A stretch of DNA of 64,000 nucleotides from Promethearchaeota archaeon Loki_b32 (lineage in GTDB: Archaea; Asgardarchaeota; Lokiarchaeia; Sigyniarchaeales; SOKP01). Below are positions 48,604-57,701 of this stretch, one piece after another. The stretch lies in the NCBI GenBank assembly GCA_005223125.1, contig NJBH01000005.1, forward strand, positions 96,001-160,000. Direction: 5' to 3'. The notes under the pieces were generated by a model that had not been told where the DNA came from, made no database searches, and saw only the letters and a program-made list of their open reading frames with translations. Within the stretch, counting starts at the first letter, position 1; each line of letters begins with the position of its first letter. The translations under genes and the position numbers were made by a program.

Positions 48604-50949
48604 ATGAGAAAAAAACAAATTTTAGCAATTTTAATAGTACTAATTATTGTAAATGTAGCTACTATTTCAATGGCTCTTTTGATAACCGGAAAAACTAAAA
48701 ATGATCTTAATCTCAATGACGATCTGCTAAACTACCTTACAATCAGGGATTATAAATCAGTTGATGGGACTCATAGCCTTGAAGGTAAAACAACAGATGA
48801 TCTACCATTTTTAAGCGGTTTAGCAATGTCAACTACACAACCATCTACAACAGACTCATGGCTTGTGAACTGTAGTGATGATTTTTATGGTGGTATTTAC
48901 GAACAAGAGTTTGAGTGCGTACTGGAAGGTGTTCATGTTAATATTTGGATTGGATTGAACCCAGAAGTTTGGGAGGACGGTTTCCAAGATGAATATGTTC
49001 CTGGTGAATGTTTTGAAGATGATGTTTGGTATTTTGCTTATCCTTGGAGTTCAATAGGCATTGATGCAGTTGAGGCTGGGGCTCCTGATCCTGATGAGGA
49101 TGGATTCTATTTACCACCTGGGTATCGAGACTGGATAACTGGAGCAGATTTGATCGAAATTCAAGGTGAATTCGATAACAATATTCATGATACTGTTGTC
49201 GATCATTTTGGTGAATATAGTGATCGACCAGGTCCCTTAGGTGATTATAAGATTCAAGTATTAATATTCAACATGCGGGATGGGCTCTTCTATGAACCAA
49301 TTGAAGCTGGTTGGTTTATAATGGGATATTTCTGGTCCAAAATAAGTGAAGAAAACAATGCAAACATATTCCATATGGATACATATCAATGGTGGAGACG
49401 ACAAGGTCATCCAACCGAAAGCTTTTATGGCCTTGAACCACTTCCAGTTCAATATGAAGGTACATTTGCCCATGAATTTCAACACCTTACACATTATGAT
49501 GTAGATAGTGATGAATTATCTTGGGTTAATGAAGGATGTTCTGTATTGGCTGAATGGATATGCGGATATGGATTTCCAGCAGGGCACATTTCAGAGTATT
49601 TACTCTACTGGTGGGATACTTCATTAGTAATCTGGCAAGGTACATTGGCTGATTACGGAGTAGTGTTTCTGTGGACTTTCTATATGTGGGAACATTATGG
49701 TGGAGATGCGCTAATATGGGATCTTGTTCATCATCAAGACAACGGAATAGAGGCATGGAATGATTTGCTCATAAATGAAGGATATGGAAATGGAAAAGAT
49801 TTTGATGCAATCTTCCAAGATTGGGCGCTTGCGAACTATATTGATGACACATCAATTGAAGGCGGGATTTATGGTTATTATGATTTGGATATTCCCTCTG
49901 AAGATACAGAAGGGTTTTCCATCTCATTAGCTATGGAACTATGGCAATCAGGTAGTAATATGCCCTTCTTTGACTGGCTCGTTAATAATTATCCGGCTTC
50001 TGGAATACCTTATCCATATGGTTCCTCACTACCCTATGTTGTTAATTATGTTAAATTCTACAAGGAAGGGGCATCCCACATACTCTCAGTTGAGTTTGAT
50101 GGTGATGATACCTGTGGTGTTTCAGCACATGATGGTGATTATAAGTGGCATTCAGGTGGAGATGCATGGGCATGGTTTAGACTTGGTCAAACCTTTACTA
50201 TACCAGAAGGAGGAGCAACTTTGAGTTTCTGGAACAACTTTGAGATCGAACTAGAGTGGGATTTTGGCTATGTAGAAGTTCATGATCTTACCGATGATGA
50301 GTGGTACACTCTTCCAGGAACCATGACAGTCGCAGATGTTGGTTTCAATTACCAAACTGACAATCCAAACTGCCCAGATGGCTTTGAACCAACGGACTAT
50401 TATGATGCTGACAGATGGTATGCTTTCACAGGTTCGAGTGGTGGTTGGTACCAAGAATTCATGGATCTCACAATGTTTGCAGAGCATGATATAGAATTAT
50501 ACTTTACCTACTGGACTGATCCATATACCCTTGAAGCAGGATGGTATATTGACGACATTTCAATCCCCGAAATTGGTTTTAGCGACACTGTTGAAGATGA
50601 AGAACATGGGTGGACAATATATGATGGATGGTTCAGAAGCAATATACTTTATGACAATGATTTTAATGTGAACTTTATCGACATTTTTAACGAATATGGC
50701 AAGAATGGAGTATTGGTGGATTCTACATACTTTATAGAATCTATGAGTCTCGATCCTGAAACTGAAATTGGTCTACATGAGGCACCTTTGATTGATAATG
50801 GTGGTTACGAGTCATATTCTGTAATGGTGGTTGCTAACCAACCAGGATTCGAACATACACATGGAAGTTCTTACTTGTTCAGTGCAGATGTTCTCAAAGT
50901 CGAAGACTATGATTGGCTTTGGCGCTGGTTATTTGGAGCGTTAATGTAG
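48604..50949 (+). CDS. Secreted or anchored zinc metallopeptidase (M30/M6 immune-inhibitor-A-like)
   Basis: N-terminal signal/anchor; AHEFQH..W.NEG.S..AE; C-terminal DFGYVEV..GSSGGW..DL..YWTD..GWYIDDI beta-sandwich. Confidence 0.82.
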   Translation: MRKKQILAILIVLIIVNVATISMALLITGKTKNDLNLNDDLLNYLTIRDYKSVDGTHSLEGKTTDDLPFLSGLAMSTTQPSTTDSWLVNCSDDFYGGIYEQEFECVLEGVHVNIWIGLNPEVWEDGFQDEYVPGECFEDDVWYFAYPWSSIGIDAVEAGAPDPDEDGFYLPPGYRDWITGADLIEIQGEFDNNIHDTVVDHFGEYSDRPGPLGDYKIQVLIFNMRDGLFYEPIEAGWFIMGYFWSKISEENNANIFHMDTYQWWRRQGHPTESFYGLEPLPVQYEGTFAHEFQHLTHYDVDSDELSWVNEGCSVLAEWICGYGFPAGHISEYLLYWWDTSLVIWQGTLADYGVVFLWTFYMWEHYGGDALIWDLVHHQDNGIEAWNDLLINEGYGNGKDFDAIFQDWALANYIDDTSIEGGIYGYYDLDIPSEDTEGFSISLAMELWQSGSNMPFFDWLVNNYPASGIPYPYGSSLPYVVNYVKFYKEGASHILSVEFDGDDTCGVSAHDGDYKWHSGGDAWAWFRLGQTFTIPEGGATLSFWNNFEIELEWDFGYVEVHDLTDDEWYTLPGTMTVADVGFNYQTDNPNCPDGFEPTDYYDADRWYAFTGSSGGWYQEFMDLTMFAEHDIELYFTYWTDPYTLEAGWYIDDISIPEIGFSDTVEDEEHGWTIYDGWFRSNILYDNDFNVNFIDIFNEYGKNGVLVDSTYFIESMSLDPETEIGLHEAPLIDNGGYESYSVMVVANQPGFEHTHGSSYLFSADVLKVEDYDWLWRWLFGALM

Positions 50950-50973
50950 GAGTCTTTATATCTAATAACTTAC

Positions 50974-50985
50974 TTTTTTTTTTTT
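50974..50985 (+). terminator. Oligo-T terminator
   Basis: Long T-run about 25 nt after the 50949 stop. Confidence 0.5.
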
Positions 50986-51129
50986 GATTTATTTATTCTT
51001 AGTTGTTTCATAATATAATTAAAATTTCTTTCTTGATTATTTTTTGAAGAGTAAATATTATATTCTCAATCAAACTAAGTATTATAGCAAAAAGAGTAAA
51101 TTGTATATAGAGAGGAGTTATTCCTTACA

Positions 51130-51627
51130 ATGTTTAACGATATGAAAGATCCTAGTTCTGAGTATGAAATTACGATTAATAAACTGTCAGAACAAATTAA
51201 CGAATTATTTTCTAAAATTCACTATTATCAGGCGCTAATTGCTGAAAAAGACTTACAAATAAAGCATCTTTCTAATGAGAATCAAAGGCTACTAGTTAAA
51301 ATTCAAAAATTATCGCAAATAGAAACTCCTCCCCCTGCTCCTACACCAAGTGAGCATTCTTATACTCCACCAACTCCTCCTCAACAGCCCTCTTCTCCAC
51401 CAATACCCCTACAACAACCTCTCACACCATCACCGATCCCCCCACAATCTAAGTCCTCATTTTCTTTAAGTGAAGATCCTCGAATTAATAAACGGCAATG
51501 TCCGAATTGTGGTGCAATGGGCTTTGCTATAAGAGAAGTAGATGATAGAACTAAGATACTCAGCTATAGTCCAAGAAGAATGTATGCTAAAAAAAAAGTG
51601 TGTACAAAATGCAGATATGAATGGTAA
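51130..51627 (+). CDS. Coiled-coil / proline-rich / Zn-ribbon protein
   Basis: Heptad N-terminus, PPPAPTP..PPTPP..PPIP..PIPP linker, CPNCG...CTKC; GAGGAG RBS. Confidence 0.8.
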   Translation: MFNDMKDPSSEYEITINKLSEQINELFSKIHYYQALIAEKDLQIKHLSNENQRLLVKIQKLSQIETPPPAPTPSEHSYTPPTPPQQPSSPPIPLQQPLTPSPIPPQSKSSFSLSEDPRINKRQCPNCGAMGFAIREVDDRTKILSYSPRRMYAKKKVCTKCRYEW

Positions 51628-51652
51628 AGTAATTCATATCAAGAATTTTGAT

Positions 51653-52579
51653 TTAAAAAAATGGACTTAAATTACGTGGGAGAACTTCATAATAATTAAC
51701 TAAGTCATACTGTTCTATTTTCTCCTTAGTCTCTATTGGAAGTTGATCCAAATTTTGCCCTTTTAATATTAATTTCGTTTCTTCTTCACTAAATTCAGGT
51801 CCTGGTTCAGTCCAATTTATAACATTCTTATTGACGGGGCATACTTTCTGACAATGAAGACATCCAACTAAACAATTATGCCATGTAGGATCCATCCATT
51901 CTGGAAAAGGAATCTCTCCTGGATGTTCATTGTGGAATGTAATACAACGTTCGACACGCAAAAGAAAACGATCAGTGGGAATTGCTCCTGTTGGGCATTT
52001 ACGTGTGCATGCAGAACATTCTTTACACATATCCATCATTCGTAACTCCTGCCAATTATCTTCCTCAGTTGGAAAATCTGAATATAGAGTTGTTAGACGA
52101 TGAAAACTCCCCATTCCCGGCACATAAGTGATATTATTTCTCCCATACTCTGCTAATCCACTACGCACAGCTAAGGTTTTTTGAGGAAGCATAGCATATG
52201 CTACTTTATATTCCCCTGATCTTAATATTTCAGAAAGAAATTCAATCATCTGATCAATTACGTTACGACCATATAAATAGGTAGGAGGGATAAGTAAAGA
52301 GATCTTCTTATTATTGCTATGAAAGACCGCTTCAAATTGAGGTTGAGGAACTGATATAATAAAAAGAGATTTTATATCAGCAAACTCCACATCTGGCTTG
52401 AATTCGAAATAGGATTTATATTCTTCATAAAAATCCGGGTCTAAAAGCCTTGCTTCATGATGCTTTTTGACATCTTGACGCAACTCTGGAATGTGTTTTA
52501 CAGAAACAATTTTTCCTTTATAACCTTTCTCTTCCAAGCGTTTATAAAAATTCTGAACAATGTAATTTTTATCCAACAT
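51653..52579 (-). CDS. Epoxyqueuosine reductase (QueG)-like double 4Fe-4S protein
   Basis: AVRSGLAEYGRN..GS, CKECSACTRKCPTGA, RC, GCLHCQKVCP. Confidence 0.8.
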   Translation of the reverse strand: MLDKNYIVQNFYKRLEEKGYKGKIVSVKHIPELRQDVKKHHEARLLDPDFYEEYKSYFEFKPDVEFADIKSLFIISVPQPQFEAVFHSNNKKISLLIPPTYLYGRNVIDQMIEFLSEILRSGEYKVAYAMLPQKTLAVRSGLAEYGRNNITYVPGMGSFHRLTTLYSDFPTEEDNWQELRMMDMCKECSACTRKCPTGAIPTDRFLLRVERCITFHNEHPGEIPFPEWMDPTWHNCLVGCLHCQKVCPVNKNVINWTEPGPEFSEEETKLILKGQNLDQLPIETKEKIEQYDLVNYYEVLPRNLSPFF

Positions 52580-52793
52580 AATTACTACTCTTTTGAAATA
52601 TTGTTATAATTTATAAATTTATTCCTTGATGACTATATTGTGTCAGAAAATGTAGTTCTTTAGGAAAAACTCCAGAATCTATTTAACTGAGAAATAAAAA
52701 CTAATAATTTATGTGTTAAAAATTTAAATTCTCGATATTGATAATTTAATTTAGTTAAGTTAAATCAATTTATCTAAATTAATAGGATTATGG

Positions 52794-55070
52794 ATGGGTT
52801 TGATTATGTATAAAAAATGCACAATTTTTTTGATACTCACTTTACCATTCCTATTTATTTTATATCAATCTGGAAATTTTGTTCATGCTGAGGAGTATGA
52901 ACAAATAGAAATAGAAGGCTTAAAATATCCAATGTATGAATCTGCTGATATTATTTCTCAAGTGAATAATACTGAATCAATTGAAATTGCTTTACCAGCA
53001 ACATCGTGGAATGTTACGAAAATAGAACTAAATTTTACTGACATAAGATTAGGAAAAGAGATAAAAGAATTTGAGGTAATTGATGCTGGTTTTAAAGTAA
53101 TTGAAAAATTTGGTAATAATTATGGATATGCAGTTCAAATCAATATATCTTCACCTACAACCGTTTATGGTACTTATATTTATGGTTTTAAAAATGATTT
53201 GGCTGATAAAATATTGAGAGTCCAAATCAATGGATATAATCTTGTTAAAAATGCTCCTGAAGATACCCTTTATGGTACTCCAATCTCACTTAATATAACT
53301 AAGAATGTAGGATGGTATTATCAAGAATTTGTTAATCCAATTAATCTTCCAATTGGAAAATATTTCTTAGTGGTTAATGGTTCAAATATATTTACAGCAC
53401 AAGATAAATATTACTGGGGATATAATGCTTACACTCAATTTCCAAATCTACACGTTTCAACATATGATGGGAATACTTGGAGCGAAGGAGTAAAGAATTC
53501 CACTTTATTATATAAATTGGTACAAAGTACTGACCGAATTTATAATCCCCAAGAAATAAATATGACACTAAAAATCGATAACACTTATTATAGCATCTTC
53601 AATGGCAATACTAATGGAACAGGTTATGTTAAAATACCTAAATTAAACTATTCCCCTGATATGAATCCTTTAATAATTCCAATTAAAAGTAACTCTTCAG
53701 CAAAACTTAATTTTAGTTATAACCATATTTTAGGGATAAAAAATAAATTTGATGCAGATGGTTCTGTCTTTTTGGAATTAGATAAGGTAGTTCAGTGGAA
53801 AATAGAGCCAATGATAATTAGAATAGAGAGTAATTACTCAGTTAAATTTTATTATCCTGTTAATTGGAATGATATAAAAATATACAGGAATGGATTACTT
53901 ATTAATTCAGAATTAAATGTTATAATAAATACAGATGAAAAATACATTAGTTTAAAGAGTGAAATTGTTTTAATTGGAGCATCTTGGTTGATAACAGCAT
54001 TATCTTCACAAGAAATATTGGATATAAATTTTCCTAAAAAGGAGTTTGAACCTAAGCAAGAACTAAAATTTTCAATAGAATTGCCTCAAGTTGAAGGAAA
54101 TGTCTCTTGGAAGTTAATTGACGTATTGGGTTTTGAAGAATTCTCTGAGACTAGAAGAGTTATTTCGGAAACAATGAGTTTTTCTTACCAAATTCCGGAA
54201 AAACCTTACGAAGGAAATTGTAAGGTCATAGTTATTTGGTATAATGATCAAAAGGCAGGTATATATTTACAAGACATTAAAATAAATATTCCATTTACTT
54301 TAGACCCTGATTCTATCATCTTAATTGTAACAATTATAGGAATAATTTCAACTGTTAGTACAGCATCATATATGACGATTAAAAAGGTTAGAAACAAAAT
54401 TCAGCGAAATAGAAAAAAGTTGATTGATAAATTTATGGATGTGCTTAACTTGAATTATTTTATGGTCATAGATAAAGATTCTGGACTATGTGTGTATGAA
54501 GAAATCTTAGTAGGTAAAATAGTAGATTCTACATTGATTTCTGGTTTTTTAGATGCGATACGTTCATTTGGAATCGAACTTACTGGTTCTTATCAACAAT
54601 CTAAGACTATAAAATTAGAATATAAAGATTCTAAAATACTAATGGTTGAGTTTAAGAATTTTAGGTTAATATTTATAATGAAAGAGAATCCTTCTAACGA
54701 TTTTTTAAAATCAATTACAGATTTATCCTATGAAATTGATGAAAAATACGGTTATCTCCTCTCAAATTTTAATAATGATGTAATGCCATTTAAAGGAATT
54801 AAACTTCTTGTAAAAAAGCATCTAAACACAACATTTTTAGCACCATTAAAGGTTGTAGAAAATAAAAATATAAAATTAAATTCTACTGAGAAAAATGAAA
54901 TTAATAATGCATTGGATTTTATGAAGGAAAATTTACTCGAATATTTTTATATAAGTTTTCTATTACCTCAACAGGATTGTGAACCAAGTAAAATAAAAGC
55001 AATATTTAATTTAATTGAAAAAGAAATATTTCAGCCCACGATATTGAAAGAGCAAAAATTACATAAATGA
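52794..55070 (+). CDS. Single-pass receptor-like protein: signal peptide, beta-rich ectodomain, TM helix, cytoplasmic longin domain
   Basis: Signal peptide ending VHA|EE; at least 14 N-x-S/T sequons before the TM (SIILIVTIIGIISTVSTASYMTI), then KKVRNKIQRNRKK; longin pattern FMVIDKDSGLCVY..STLISGFLDAIRSFG..IKLEYKDSKIL. Confidence 0.8.
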   Translation: MGLIMYKKCTIFLILTLPFLFILYQSGNFVHAEEYEQIEIEGLKYPMYESADIISQVNNTESIEIALPATSWNVTKIELNFTDIRLGKEIKEFEVIDAGFKVIEKFGNNYGYAVQINISSPTTVYGTYIYGFKNDLADKILRVQINGYNLVKNAPEDTLYGTPISLNITKNVGWYYQEFVNPINLPIGKYFLVVNGSNIFTAQDKYYWGYNAYTQFPNLHVSTYDGNTWSEGVKNSTLLYKLVQSTDRIYNPQEINMTLKIDNTYYSIFNGNTNGTGYVKIPKLNYSPDMNPLIIPIKSNSSAKLNFSYNHILGIKNKFDADGSVFLELDKVVQWKIEPMIIRIESNYSVKFYYPVNWNDIKIYRNGLLINSELNVIINTDEKYISLKSEIVLIGASWLITALSSQEILDINFPKKEFEPKQELKFSIELPQVEGNVSWKLIDVLGFEEFSETRRVISETMSFSYQIPEKPYEGNCKVIVIWYNDQKAGIYLQDIKINIPFTLDPDSIILIVTIIGIISTVSTASYMTIKKVRNKIQRNRKKLIDKFMDVLNLNYFMVIDKDSGLCVYEEILVGKIVDSTLISGFLDAIRSFGIELTGSYQQSKTIKLEYKDSKILMVEFKNFRLIFIMKENPSNDFLKSITDLSYEIDEKYGYLLSNFNNDVMPFKGIKLLVKKHLNTTFLAPLKVVENKNIKLNSTEKNEINNALDFMKENLLEYFYISFLLPQQDCEPSKIKAIFNLIEKEIFQPTILKEQKLHK

Positions 55071-55106
55071 ACAATAAAATAAGTTAAAATTAAAAAGGTT
55101 TGAAAA

Positions 55107-55649
55107 TTGGAACGTAAAGATAATAAAATTTTAATATTAGGTTTGGATAACTGTGGGAAAACTACTATTCTATTGAGTTTAAAAGAAGACACGAATCTTT
55201 TATCCTACTTATCTTTAAAACCAACAAGGGGGGTAAGCATTGAGAAATTCGAAGAGAACGATTTTAATATATATGTTTGGGATTTTGGGGGTCAAAAAGA
55301 GTACCTCTCAGATCATATTACAAATTTTAATAAGTACGTAAAAGGAGTAGATGAGATTATATATGTTATCGATGTTCAAGATTATAATCGTTATGATCAA
55401 GCATTAAAATTCTTAGAAGAGGTAATAAAATCTATGGAGAAAGAAGAATTAAAAGTAGAATTATCTATTTTCTTACACAAATATGATCCATACTTGAAAA
55501 ATAATGTTGAATTTAAAGATATTGATAAAAAAGTAAATTCTTTGATAAATAATCAAATTTTTGATTTAATCCCTGCTAAATTTAACTATAAAATTTACAG
55601 ATCCAGCGTTTATACATTATTTGAGAAAAATCTAATATTTTCAAATTAA
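55107..55649 (+). CDS. Arf/Rag-like small GTPase
   Basis: G1 GLDNCGKT, G2 PTRG, G3 WDFGGQ, IIYVID, G4 HKYD, G5 SSV. Confidence 0.9.
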   Translation: MERKDNKILILGLDNCGKTTILLSLKEDTNLLSYLSLKPTRGVSIEKFEENDFNIYVWDFGGQKEYLSDHITNFNKYVKGVDEIIYVIDVQDYNRYDQALKFLEEVIKSMEKEELKVELSIFLHKYDPYLKNNVEFKDIDKKVNSLINNQIFDLIPAKFNYKIYRSSVYTLFEKNLIFSN

Positions 55650-55670
55650 AATAGTACAATAACGGTAAAT

Positions 55671-56063
55671 ATGAGTAATATCAGCAGTATTTATGTGATA
55701 GATAATATGAAGACACCAATTTTCACTTTAGAGAACCATAAACAAGGTTCAAATGCAGTTTCTAAAACGTTAATGTCTCGTTTTATTGATTCCTTACAAT
55801 CTATTGCATCTCAAATAGAAAACGATGAAGGTCGAGTAATAAAGATTGGAAATAAAAATTATTTTATAATAAAAGATACAATAATTAATTTTAAATATAT
55901 AATAGAATATAGCAATGAGAATACATTTGACCAAATATCTTTAATCTTAAATAAAGTTAAAAATAAGTTTATTGAAAGATTTGAGGGTAAATTAGATTTG
56001 CCAATATCAATGAAAATTGATCTTGTAGCCTTGTTAAAAGAAGATATTTTAGAATTTATTTGA
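55671..56063 (+). CDS. Stand-alone longin-like domain protein
   Basis: ISSIYVID..TPIF (beta-beta), TLMSRFIDSLQSIA (alpha), IKIGNKNYFII..FKYII (three beta), ILNKVKNKFIERF (alpha); 130 aa. Confidence 0.65.
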   Translation: MSNISSIYVIDNMKTPIFTLENHKQGSNAVSKTLMSRFIDSLQSIASQIENDEGRVIKIGNKNYFIIKDTIINFKYIIEYSNENTFDQISLILNKVKNKFIERFEGKLDLPISMKIDLVALLKEDILEFI

Positions 56064-56156
56064 GATTAAGTTAATCCAATATCAATATAGGGAAGTAGTA
56101 TCAAGAATATGCCTTACGAATTGATGGATTTAAATATCAAATAGAGACATATTTTG

Positions 56157-56321
56157 CTATAGCAGAAGCTTATAAAATTTTAGGAATGGAGCCTCCTCCA
56201 AATTTTTAATACCAGATCCGTCACCTGTAGGTGCTGCAAAAATTATTTGATACAACCCAAGTCCTAGGGCCCCAATTGCAATTAAGAGGGCTACAATAGC
56301 TAAACCAGAGGATTTAGACAT
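56157..56321 (-). pseudogene. N-terminal fragment (54 aa) of a membrane-anchored protein
   Basis: MSKSSGLAIVALLIAIGALGLGLYQIIFAAPTGDGSGIKN.. runs into the antisense strand of another remnant. Confidence 0.55.
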
Positions 56322-56471
56322 TATATATTCATCTTTTTATTTTTTAATGTTTTAGATTAGATTTCTTAATTTTAAATTTATTAATTAATTTAGTATCTGG
56401 AAACAACATAATAAAAAGGTATTTTAAAATGTTAAATAAATTTAAATTATGCACTGAGCTTCATTTTCAAT

Positions 56472-57629
56472 TTAACTATTGATTGGATAAATTGCTGAAT
56501 CGGGTGCGACTTCTTTCTGGAGCATTTTAAAGGCTTTTTTAGAAGTTGAGAAAGTTTTGGCATTGAATTTTTTTATTATATCTTTAAGTTCCTCATCAAA
56601 AATTCGCACAAATACTTCAATATTTGGATAACGCAAGTTAAGTTTAGAAGTTAAATAAATTGATTCATCAAATTCAGATTCTCGCTTCCAACAAATAAAG
56701 ACTTGAGTAATTTCTTCTAAATTCACATGAGGGCGTAAATCACTTAAAAATCGAGCGAATTCATTAATGATATGTAATTTTTCATTCACTACAAACTCGA
56801 TACCATCATGTTCATCATCAAAAAGATATACTTCTCGTTCTGGTTGTTGAGAAATATGATATGCAATTCTGTGGGTTAAATTATCTCTTCCAATTACTAT
56901 TGCTTTTCCGATTTTATTTTTAGTCCATTCACGGACACCGTCCATAGCCCATTTAGATGTGGAGAATGAAAATGCATTTAAAGGAGGTTCTTTAAGATAC
57001 TCTTGCACATGATCTTCAAACGCCCGAACGTAAATTCGGCAACTTGAATTCATTTTACGTATCTTTTCGGTACAAATTAGTGCGATTCTAACATTATTTA
57101 CATTAATAAAAACCTCTCTAGAATGCTTTATATTTGCCAATTCAAGGTTGGTTGTCTCAGTTGCATCACCAATTACTATTGGGTGTCCTGCATTAAGTAA
57201 ATCTTCAACTGATTCTTCACTATCTTCAATAAGACAAAATTGTTTCTTATTTTTGACACAATATTCTATAACCCTCTCAGATAAATGATGATATCCAATA
57301 ATAACAGCATGATTTCTTTTATGTGAAGCGAGAATTCTACTAGTAATAACAGGATTATACTTTTCAAATAATTCTCCCATGATAAATCCAAAAAATATCA
57401 CTTCTAATAATATCGGCCATATGACACCATAGAATTGACCAAAATCTGCTGCATCAGAGGGAATGTTCACCGTTATTGAAAATAAAATTATTTCTCCTAA
57501 ATTATATTCAGGTTCTGTTATAAGAAAGAAAAGAAAACCAAAGAACCAAAACAGAAAGAAAAATATAAACTGTAATTTATATTGTTTAAGTTTGAGATGG
57601 ATTACTATAAATGTGTTTAGGAGATTCAT
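56472..57629 (-). CDS. K+-channel-like protein: two TM helices plus tandem RCK/TrkA-N domains, degenerate filter
   Basis: HAVIIGY, IGDAT..LELANI, IYVRAF and a second RCK domain; pore reads SITVNIP. Confidence 0.75.
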   Translation of the reverse strand: MNLLNTFIVIHLKLKQYKLQFIFFFLFWFFGFLFFLITEPEYNLGEIILFSITVNIPSDAADFGQFYGVIWPILLEVIFFGFIMGELFEKYNPVITSRILASHKRNHAVIIGYHHLSERVIEYCVKNKKQFCLIEDSEESVEDLLNAGHPIVIGDATETTNLELANIKHSREVFINVNNVRIALICTEKIRKMNSSCRIYVRAFEDHVQEYLKEPPLNAFSFSTSKWAMDGVREWTKNKIGKAIVIGRDNLTHRIAYHISQQPEREVYLFDDEHDGIEFVVNEKLHIINEFARFLSDLRPHVNLEEITQVFICWKRESEFDESIYLTSKLNLRYPNIEVFVRIFDEELKDIIKKFNAKTFSTSKKAFKMLQKEVAPDSAIYPINS

Positions 57630-57701
57630 ATCATAAGATAAAGCACGCTAATATAAAAAAGATATGATCTAACGATGATTACATATAAATTATTTTCAAA
57701 C

